DNA of 32,000 bases. It comes from Hathewaya proteolytica DSM 3090. Its GTDB lineage: Bacteria; Bacillota; Clostridia; Clostridiales; Clostridiaceae. Positions within the stretch are counted from its first letter, which is position 1. The number at the start of each line of letters is the position of its first letter. Below are positions 6,804 to 13,832 of this stretch, in pieces. The notes below the pieces were generated by a model. That model did not search any database. It was not told where the DNA came from and saw only the letters and a program-made list of their open reading frames with translations. The position numbers and the translations under genes were made by a program. Location: assembly GCF_900142225.1 (NCBI RefSeq), contig NZ_FRAD01000023.1, positions 1-32,000 of the forward strand, in the 5' to 3' direction.

Positions 6804-9347
6804 ATGGCGAAGGGTAAAGTTAGTAAAATTAAAAGCAAAAGAGTATTTCCTGCTATTTGTAGTTTGATTATTTTAGTTTCTTTTATTATCACTTCCAATA
6901 TTGTCTTAGCGGAAGAAATTATTAGCCCCACTGTGGCTAACACTCCTATTATGGGGGAGCAAGTCATGAGTCGTGGACAAGCTTTCACTTTCTTAAGAGA
7001 ACGAAATAAAGCAAAGACAGATATTTATATTGAAGAGTTTGTTCAAATTACATGGGAAGAGGCTAAAATAGAGGGAATAAGACCGGATGTAGCTTTTTGT
7101 CAAATGATGTTAGAAACGGGATTCCTTAAATTTGGTGGCGATGTAAAGGAAGAGCAAAATAATTTTGCAGGAATCGGCGCTACAGGTTCGGGAGCTCCAG
7201 GACATTCATTTCCAAGTATAAGAATTGGAGTAAGGGCAGTAATTCAGCATTTAAAGGCATATGCATCTAAAGAACCATTAAATCAAGAGTGCGTAGATCC
7301 AAGGTACCATCTTGTTAAGAAGGGATGTGCACCTTATGTGGAAGACCTATCGGGAAAATGGGCTGTTGGTTCAGATTATGGTGGTAAGATTATTTCTCTT
7401 ATTAATACAGGAAAAGAATTAATTGATCATCAAGCAGTGAGCTCTTTAAAAGATTTTTACGTTAAAGATGCTAAAACTCAGAAAACCATAGGATTTGAAC
7501 AGTTATTCAACAATAGAGAGTACTATATAACTGCTAAGGCAGAATCTACTAATAAACCATTATATAAATTTTGGACCAAGAATAACAAAACTGGTGAAAT
7601 AAAGATATTAACAGATTATACTGAAAACGACAAATTTTTATGGAGTGCACCAGCTAACACTGATTATTATTCTATTGGAGTATGTGTAAAAGATAAGTAC
7701 GCAGTTCCTGAAATTGAAGTTCAAGATCAGTGGGAGAGAAATGTAAAGGTAGTTGCTGGTAAAGCTAAGGTATCAAATGTTGCTATATACAGTGGTAATA
7801 AGAGAGTAGACAACAATGAAATATTCAATGGAATGCAGTATACTTTAAGAGCTACAGCAAAAGCAGACACAGAGGCACTATATCAGTTCCGCATTAAGGA
7901 TTTAAATACGAACAAGTGGACTGTACTAAGAGATTTCTCAGAGAGTAGCACTTACCAATGGAAAGTAACTTCTGATTCTGACAATTACGTATTAGGAGTC
8001 CGTGTGAAGGATAAACATGGTAATGAAGGAGTATATGGAGAAAAGTATTCCGGTGTTATTATAAAGACCTTAAGTGGCAGCATAGATAATTTTAATGTAT
8101 ACAATGGATCCAATGTGGTAAATGAAGTTAATGTGGGAGATACGTATACAATTAAAGCTACTGCTACAGGAATAAATAATCCGGTTTATAGATTTTGGAT
8201 TAAAGACGTAAACAATAAAAACATATCTGTACTTAAAGATTATAGCACTGCTAGTGAATTTAAATGGGTAGTTAACGGTGTGGGTGAGAGATATATCCTA
8301 GGCGTTGATGTTCGTGGAGATAACATGGATTCGTCTCAAAAGTTCACTAAGCAGGTAGAGGTTAAAGCAATTAATACTGGTGCCAAATTGGAGAGTTTTA
8401 ACTCATACCTTGGCGATATGGAAATAAGCACAGGTATTCATGTTCCAGGTGCTAAGTATACTTTAAAGGCAAAGGCTACGTCGAAAAATAGGCCAATGTA
8501 CCAGTTTTGGGTTAAAGATGTTTTAGCAAATAAATGGACTATGATAAAGGATTATGGATATGAGAATACTTGTCAATGGACAGCTCCTAAAGTGGGAGAA
8601 GATTACCAAATCGGTGTCCATGTAAAGGACGAAAGAAGCATAAGAGATTTTGATGATCATAAATATGTTTCTGTAAAAATATATCAACCTGAAGTAGAAC
8701 CATGTAAGGTTGACATTGTTTTGGATGCTGGCCATGGTAATACAAATTTAAAAACCAATGGTATAGACTCTGGTGCTGTAGGTGTGGGGGGCGTGCTTGA
8801 AAGTAACTTAACTCAGATCTACGTGAAGAAATTAGGAGCATATTTAGAGTCTCTTGGATATAAGGTGCTTTATACAAGGGATTTTCTAAAGGGTTATAAT
8901 CAGGTAACTGACGATTTACAGCAGAGAGTAGACGTAGCCAACTATAATAATGCCTCTTTGTTTTTCAGTATGCATTTTAATAGCTATGCGGATCCATCTG
9001 TAAGTGGCATAGAATCATATTATAGTTCTTTTAGACCTAATTTAGACAACACTGATATTGTAAGTACAGAAAATCTTACTTATGATAAGACACCTACTCA
9101 GGCGGCTATAGATAGCAAACAGCTAGGAGCTGATATATTGAATTCCCTTTCTACATTAGGTTTTAATAATAGAGGTGTAAAGGATAGGGGCTTGTATGTA
9201 ACAAAAAATACAAATATGCCTTCAATATTATTAGAAGGTGGTTTTCTTACTAATTCTGATGAAATAAAAAAATTAACTGATCCGAGTTTCCAAGATAAAA
9301 TGGTGAAGATTATAGGCGATTCAGTAAGGGCATTTTTAGATAAATAA
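6804..9347 (+). CDS. Modular peptidoglycan hydrolase: N-terminal GH73 glucosaminidase, four ~105-aa repeats, and C-terminal N-acetylmuramoyl-L-alanine amidase (Amidase_3)
   Basis: Signal or anchor helix VFPAICSLIILVSFIITSNIVLA. GH73-like block FCQMMLETGFLKFGG...NNFAGIGATG. C-terminal Amidase_3 block VLDAGHG...DSGAVG...ES...TR...ANYNNASLFFSMHFNS...GIESYY...LLEGGFLTN. Confidence 0.88.
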   Translation: MAKGKVSKIKSKRVFPAICSLIILVSFIITSNIVLAEEIISPTVANTPIMGEQVMSRGQAFTFLRERNKAKTDIYIEEFVQITWEEAKIEGIRPDVAFCQMMLETGFLKFGGDVKEEQNNFAGIGATGSGAPGHSFPSIRIGVRAVIQHLKAYASKEPLNQECVDPRYHLVKKGCAPYVEDLSGKWAVGSDYGGKIISLINTGKELIDHQAVSSLKDFYVKDAKTQKTIGFEQLFNNREYYITAKAESTNKPLYKFWTKNNKTGEIKILTDYTENDKFLWSAPANTDYYSIGVCVKDKYAVPEIEVQDQWERNVKVVAGKAKVSNVAIYSGNKRVDNNEIFNGMQYTLRATAKADTEALYQFRIKDLNTNKWTVLRDFSESSTYQWKVTSDSDNYVLGVRVKDKHGNEGVYGEKYSGVIIKTLSGSIDNFNVYNGSNVVNEVNVGDTYTIKATATGINNPVYRFWIKDVNNKNISVLKDYSTASEFKWVVNGVGERYILGVDVRGDNMDSSQKFTKQVEVKAINTGAKLESFNSYLGDMEISTGIHVPGAKYTLKAKATSKNRPMYQFWVKDVLANKWTMIKDYGYENTCQWTAPKVGEDYQIGVHVKDERSIRDFDDHKYVSVKIYQPEVEPCKVDIVLDAGHGNTNLKTNGIDSGAVGVGGVLESNLTQIYVKKLGAYLESLGYKVLYTRDFLKGYNQVTDDLQQRVDVANYNNASLFFSMHFNSYADPSVSGIESYYSSFRPNLDNTDIVSTENLTYDKTPTQAAIDSKQLGADILNSLSTLGFNNRGVKDRGLYVTKNTNMPSILLEGGFLTNSDEIKKLTDPSFQDKMVKIIGDSVRAFLDK
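7440..8684 (+). repeat. Four divergent ~315-bp (about 105 aa) protein-level repeats inside the autolysin gene
   Basis: Recurrent pattern Y-x-F-[WR]-x-K-[DN]...W/I...L/I-x-D-[YF]...[FYC]-x-W...[DR]-Y-x-[IL]-G-V-x-V-[KR]-[DG] at aa 213-317, 318-422, 423-521 and 522-627. It resembles the three-tyrosine (Y_Y_Y) beta-sandwich module. That family assignment is from memory and is not searched. Confidence 0.75.
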
Positions 9348-9390
9348 TTGATTTAAATGTAAGGACGTATTATAATAAAATAAAGTTGAC

Positions 9391-9422
9391 ATGGGAGAGG
9401 CTGTGGCTTCTCCCATTTAATT
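9391..9422 (+). terminator. Stem-loop after the autolysin gene (probable terminator with a weak U-tract)
   Basis: atgggagaggc-tgtg-gcttctcccat (11 bp, one G-T pair) followed by ttaatt. Confidence 0.55.
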
Positions 9423-9434
9423 GGGAGGGAAAAT

Positions 9435-10214
9435 ATGAGACTGTATTTATTCGAAATTTTTGGATTTAAGATTCCATCATATGGGGTCATGATTTGTATC
9501 GGCTTAATTTCTGCGTTCCTTATCACCATGAAAATTGGAAAAAAACATGGCATGGATGAGGATGACTTATATGGTCTTTTTATTCAAACTGTAATATTTG
9601 GAGTTTTAGGTGGAAAACTATTGTGGATTATAACTGAATTTAAAAGTGTTATAGAGGAGCCTATGAGCATAATAACAGAATTCGGTTATGGATTTGTTAT
9701 TTATGGTGCCATAATAGGCGGAACACTGGGGATTTTATTATATGCTAAAAAATTAAAGTGGAGTTTTTTTGATATAACGGATCTTGCAGCACCGGCAGTA
9801 GCAGTTGCTCAAGGTTTCGGAAGGATTGGCTGTTTTCTTGCAGGATGTTGCCATGGTAAGGCCACCCACAGCTCTTTTGGTGTACTATTCCCATCAAATT
9901 CTTTAGCACCATCTACCATGAGATTATATCCTACTCAAATAGCATCTTCCATATTCGATTTTATTTTGGGAGTTTTTTTAATTTGGTATACAAGTAAGAA
10001 TCCCAAAAAAGGTAAAACTACGGGACTATATTTTATTATTTATAGCATAGGTCGTTTCATTGTTGAGTTTTTTAGAGGTGATGAAAGGGGAAATGTAGGG
10101 TTTCTAAGCACATCGCAATTTATAGCCATATTCATACTTATTGGTGGCTTAGTTGTATTCTTTTACGATAAAATAAAAAATAAAAAAAATGCTGAAAGTA
10201 AAAATGAAGATTAA
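9435..10214 (+). CDS. lgt: Phosphatidylglycerol--prolipoprotein diacylglyceryl transferase
   Basis: Polytopic membrane protein with the Lgt signature GRIGCFLAGCCHGK and FIVEFFRGDERG. RBS GGGAGGG at 9422-9428. Confidence 0.93.
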   Translation: MRLYLFEIFGFKIPSYGVMICIGLISAFLITMKIGKKHGMDEDDLYGLFIQTVIFGVLGGKLLWIITEFKSVIEEPMSIITEFGYGFVIYGAIIGGTLGILLYAKKLKWSFFDITDLAAPAVAVAQGFGRIGCFLAGCCHGKATHSSFGVLFPSNSLAPSTMRLYPTQIASSIFDFILGVFLIWYTSKNPKKGKTTGLYFIIYSIGRFIVEFFRGDERGNVGFLSTSQFIAIFILIGGLVVFFYDKIKNKKNAESKNED

Positions 10215-10232
10215 AGTAGGAGTTATGTATAT

Positions 10233-11072
10233 ATGAAAAAACATATATTTATAATAGCCATAATGTGCTTGCTTTCAATAGCCATTACAGGATGTACCAC
10301 TATTAAAAAACTAGAATTGAAGTTAGGTATTAGAAATGAAAGTTTTGAGTACATGAAAAATGAAAGAGAAGTGAAAAAGCTGGTAATACAGAGTGAACGG
10401 GATAAGGGATATAGATTCGAGGTTACCAACAAAGAAGTAATAAATGACATTGCTGAAATTCTTTCCAAAGCTAAAAAAACTAATGTTAAATCAGAGTTCC
10501 AGAATGATTACATAATAGAAGTATATGAAAAAGGTGGCACTGTTAAACAATATAAATATGTAGCTGGCCTTGACAAAAGGTATGGAGGTAACTTCTATAG
10601 CGAAGAACAGGGCGAAATATTTATTGTCTCCTCTAGATTGGATAAGGACATAATAGATAATTTTGGAAACATAAGAAAACCAATAAAATTTAATGAGATA
10701 TATTATGATGGTATCTTGAAAGCCATGGACGCTTACGTAAAAAATAATAAATACAACAAAGATAAAGTCATGGGAATAGACCTTCGTGATGATATGGAGA
10801 TACAGAAATATATGTTGTCTCTTGATATAAATGATTTTCAAGAGAAAATGAAGGAAAGATATCCATTTGTGAAATTTGGAGAAAAAACTTCAGATGATGA
10901 TTATACTTTAAGTGTAAAGACGGAAGGATATACAAATAAAGTATATAAGATGGTCTTAAATTTTATTGATAATAAAACTTCAAAGGAACAGAAATACTAT
11001 GCATGGGGTACACTAGATACCTTTAACGATTGGGTTATTAAGGTGTTTTCATCTAAGCCTAACGATTTCTAG
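10233..11072 (+). CDS. Uncharacterised lipoprotein
   Basis: Signal peptide with lipobox MKKHIFIIAIMCLLSIAITG|C (Cys21). Starts 18 nt after the lgt stop with no intervening terminator, so co-transcription with lgt is likely. Confidence 0.75.
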   Translation: MKKHIFIIAIMCLLSIAITGCTTIKKLELKLGIRNESFEYMKNEREVKKLVIQSERDKGYRFEVTNKEVINDIAEILSKAKKTNVKSEFQNDYIIEVYEKGGTVKQYKYVAGLDKRYGGNFYSEEQGEIFIVSSRLDKDIIDNFGNIRKPIKFNEIYYDGILKAMDAYVKNNKYNKDKVMGIDLRDDMEIQKYMLSLDINDFQEKMKERYPFVKFGEKTSDDDYTLSVKTEGYTNKVYKMVLNFIDNKTSKEQKYYAWGTLDTFNDWVIKVFSSKPNDF

Positions 11073-11114
11073 TGACTAAAATACTAATATAAAATATATG
11101 AAAGGGTGTATTAA

Positions 11115-11975
11115 ATGAGCAGTTGTAGTGAATGTAAAAACAAAGATAAATGTTCAAAGAGCACTGGAACAGCATCATGTAATTTACTAAAAATAAAATA
11201 CGGAGAAGTAAAAAATGTGGTGGGTGTAATTAGTGGAAAAGGTGGCGTAGGGAAATCTACTGTTACTGGTATACTAGCCTCTAAACTTAGAAATGAAGGG
11301 TATAGTGTAGGTGTGTTAGATGCTGATATTACTGGTCCATCTATGCCAAGATTTTTTGGGATAAATGAAAAAAGATCGGAAGTGGTCCCAACAGGAGAAA
11401 AGGATTCTTTTAAATTCATCCCTGTAAGCACTGAAAAAGGCATTGTGGTGAACTCTCTAAATCTTATGACTGAAAGAGAAGAGGATCCTGTTATTTGGAG
11501 AGGCCCTGTTATAAATGGTGTTCTCAACCAAATGTTTTCAGATACGGAATGGGGTGAGCTTGACTATCTTTTAATAGATATGCCTCCTGGGACTGGAGAT
11601 GTGGCGCTGACGGTGATGCAAAGCATGCCAATAGATGCTATGATAATTGTTTCAACTCCTCAAGACATGGTGTCCATGATAGTTAAGAAGGTAGTTAATA
11701 TGGCAAAAAAACTTAACATTTCATTGCTGGGTGTAGTAGAGAACATGAGCTATGTAACTTGTAATTGTGGAGAGAGAATTAGGATATTTTCTGAAAAACC
11801 TGCCATTGAAGCTGCTAAAGAGCTGGGGTTGCCATTGCTTAGCGAGATGCCTATTGATAGAGAAATAACAAAGCATATGGAAAATAAGGACATAGAGAAA
11901 TATCTATGTCAACCTGATTTGTACGATGATTTATTGAACAGTTTTAAAAGTGAATACAAGAAAATTTTAAAATAA
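11115..11975 (+). CDS. Mrp/NBP35 (ApbC-like) P-loop ATPase, putative Fe-S cluster carrier
   Basis: Deviant Walker A SGKGGVGKST, Walker B DYLLIDMPPGTGD, an N-terminal Cys cluster (CSECKNKDKCSKSTGTASC), and the C-terminal MSYVTCNCGERIRIF block, which occupies the position of the family CxxC motif. Confidence 0.88.
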   Translation: MSSCSECKNKDKCSKSTGTASCNLLKIKYGEVKNVVGVISGKGGVGKSTVTGILASKLRNEGYSVGVLDADITGPSMPRFFGINEKRSEVVPTGEKDSFKFIPVSTEKGIVVNSLNLMTEREEDPVIWRGPVINGVLNQMFSDTEWGELDYLLIDMPPGTGDVALTVMQSMPIDAMIIVSTPQDMVSMIVKKVVNMAKKLNISLLGVVENMSYVTCNCGERIRIFSEKPAIEAAKELGLPLLSEMPIDREITKHMENKDIEKYLCQPDLYDDLLNSFKSEYKKILK

Positions 11976-12008
11976 AAAAAAGCTGGTCCATGGGAGACCA
12001 GCTTTTTG
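11973..12008. terminator. Bidirectional rho-independent terminator between convergent genes
   Basis: A7 tract, stem agctggtc...gaccagct, then T5. It serves the plus-strand Mrp gene and the minus-strand gene ending at 12022. Confidence 0.85.
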
Positions 12009-12021
12009 ACTTTAGTAATAT

Positions 12022-13608
12022 TTATTTTGTAAGCCTTAGACAATTCAAAACTATTGGTAGGCAACATAAAGTTTCTATCAGTATCATTGATAGAATAGAG
12101 AAATCAAAAGAGAGATACAGTAAAAGTGACATAAGCTTTACTATAAAACAGAATATAAAGTTTTGTAGTATAATTTTTTTTGTCTTTTTACTGAAGTTTA
12201 TGAGTTTCTTTATTGTTGACATTTCACTATAATTTATTACAATATCTGCAGCTTTAAGAGCTAGCTCATCATTATTTATATAAGAAGTAACTCCTATATC
12301 ACTCATACATAAAAGATGCACATTATTTATATAGTTCCCAAAGAAAATGACATTTGAATATTTGCTTTTGGATGACATAATGTTTTTTAGTATTTTACGG
12401 CGAATAAATGGCATTGGTAAGCAAGAGATTATATCTATGTTAAGGTTGTCTATGGTCAAACTTAAAGATGTATAATTGTCATTGTCATAGGCCTCTGATT
12501 CTAAGGGGAAGTACTTTAAAATCACAATTCGGCTTACATTGCTGCCCTTTAATTCCTTTATTAGCTCCAATTTATCAGATAAAATGTAGTTTTTAAAGTC
12601 CTCTATAGTGTTAATTTGTGTTTCCATTTTTATGAATGAATCATCAATAACTAAGGTATCAATTTTATTTAAACCCTCTAGAACAACGTGATTTCTGAGG
12701 CTTATACCCTTTTTTCTAAGGGATTTTATTATTCCAAGATAAGAGATATATACATTTGTAATTAATGCAATGGGCGCAAATAAAAGCATATATTTATAGG
12801 CTTTTTTTGTATAAAACAAAAGTTGTGCATCTTTATTAAAAATAGGTGGTAAAAAAATGTATAAAATAGCTAGGAAAATTAGTACGGTTATGTACATGTT
12901 AAGAATTCTGTTTGTTACATTTACTTTTTTCGATTTAGCAGAAACACTATTTAATATGGTGTTTTTTGTTTTTATAACAGTGGAGTTAGCGAAGTCTCTA
13001 GTAACTTTTACTGTTATGGTGCTTTCTAAATTAGTAGATCCGTTTAATACTTCATCGTGGATTTTAACAGTTCTAGGTTTTGAATTTCCGGTCAGCTTGT
13101 ATTCGCTTACAGTGGATTGGCCTGATATTACAATGCCATCTAGAGGAATCAGCTCTCCTTCAGAAATGGTGATAGTATCTCCCACAACTATGTCATTTGG
13201 TGATTGGGTAATAAGCTCTCCATTTATCTTTATATTGGCACTTTTTGGCATAAAGTTAAACAGGTTGATAAGGTTTTTATTGTATTGCTTTTTATATATA
13301 TCCTGGGTGATATAGTGGATTTTGAATAAAATACATATTCCAATACACAGTGAGTACTCTTTAAAGACGCAAGCTCCAATAATGCATATTAACATAAATA
13401 TGTTTTCATTGAGGGAATCACCCACTGTTAAATCCTTGAAAGCTTCGTAAATAATATCATAGGATATAAAGATAAGGCTTATTATGTGAATAATATTCCT
13501 TGAAGTCACGGTAAGGTGATTAAAAATTGAGATTATAAATAAAATGATTCCTATGGTCAAAGGCAATATATGCTTTAATAGAATCATGCAAAGTCTAGAT
13601 TTTTTCAT
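12022..13608 (-). CDS. P1B-type (heavy-metal) ATPase homologue with degenerate catalytic motifs and no nucleotide-binding domain
   Basis: Actuator-domain block VVGDTITISEGELIPLDGIVISGQSTVSEYKLTGNSKP and 8 predicted TM helices follow the CadA/CopA/ZntA layout. However, TGES is TGNS (13081-13092), CPC is API (12769-12777), DKTGT is DDSFI (12631-12645), TGDN is KYFP and GDGINDAP is GNYINNVH. Start set to the ATG at 13608, 7 nt after GGAGG. The ORF-track start at 13671 lacks an RBS. Confidence 0.75.
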   Translation of the reverse strand: MKKSRLCMILLKHILPLTIGIILFIISIFNHLTVTSRNIIHIISLIFISYDIIYEAFKDLTVGDSLNENIFMLICIIGACVFKEYSLCIGICILFKIHYITQDIYKKQYNKNLINLFNFMPKSANIKINGELITQSPNDIVVGDTITISEGELIPLDGIVISGQSTVSEYKLTGNSKPRTVKIHDEVLNGSTNLESTITVKVTRDFANSTVIKTKNTILNSVSAKSKKVNVTNRILNMYITVLIFLAILYIFLPPIFNKDAQLLFYTKKAYKYMLLFAPIALITNVYISYLGIIKSLRKKGISLRNHVVLEGLNKIDTLVIDDSFIKMETQINTIEDFKNYILSDKLELIKELKGSNVSRIVILKYFPLESEAYDNDNYTSLSLTIDNLNIDIISCLPMPFIRRKILKNIMSSKSKYSNVIFFGNYINNVHLLCMSDIGVTSYINNDELALKAADIVINYSEMSTIKKLINFSKKTKKIILQNFIFCFIVKLMSLLLYLSFDFSILSMILIETLCCLPIVLNCLRLTK

Positions 13609-13761
13609 ACTTTTTCCTCCTATATAGCCATATAAATATATTCTATCATAATATAGCGTATTTATTAACATAAGTTTTTTTAAATTTTAACTAAAATCAA
13701 AAGAAAATAAGCATAGATAATTATAAACCATTTTAACTAGATTTACAGTAGAATTTTAGAA

Positions 13762-13790
13762 TTGAAATAATGCTTATAAAATAGTATAAT
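13762..13790 (+). promoter_or_regulatory. Sigma-A type promoter of nrdD
   Basis: TTGAAA (13762-13767), 17-nt spacer, TATAAT (13785-13790). Confidence 0.6.
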
Positions 13791-13800
13791 TACAAACATT

Positions 13801-13816
13801 GAACTATATATTGTGC
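13801..13816 (+). promoter_or_regulatory. NrdR box (repressor operator) just downstream of the nrdD -10 element
   Basis: gaaCTATATATTGTGc matches 13 of 16 positions of the published NrdR-box consensus acaCwAtATaTwGtgt, as I recall it. Its position between the -10 and the RBS of a ribonucleotide reductase gene is typical. Confidence 0.6.
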
Positions 13817-13832
13817 GAAAGGGGAAAAAAAT

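Noticed and set aside
6578-6817. The 226-bp region upstream of the autolysin, considered as a riboswitch (for example a cyclic-di-AMP/ydaO-type element, which often precedes wall hydrolases) or a uORF (atgactcaacgt..., 6758-6817)
   Set aside because: I could not see the conserved GC-rich cores expected of that riboswitch class. Only a weak 7-bp inverted repeat (TAGGATA...TATCCTA) is present. The 19-codon uORF has its AGGAAG only 1 nt from the ATG, so it is unlikely to be translated.
11990-12232. Plus-strand ORF 11990..12232 (80 aa)
   Set aside because: It begins inside the bidirectional terminator hairpin and runs antisense into the 3' end of the ATPase-like gene. It has no RBS.
13740-13800. 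A second NrdR box about 31 bp upstream of the one at 13801-13816
   Set aside because: The best candidates (around 13771-13790) match fewer than half of the consensus positions when aligned by eye, so it is not reported as a feature.
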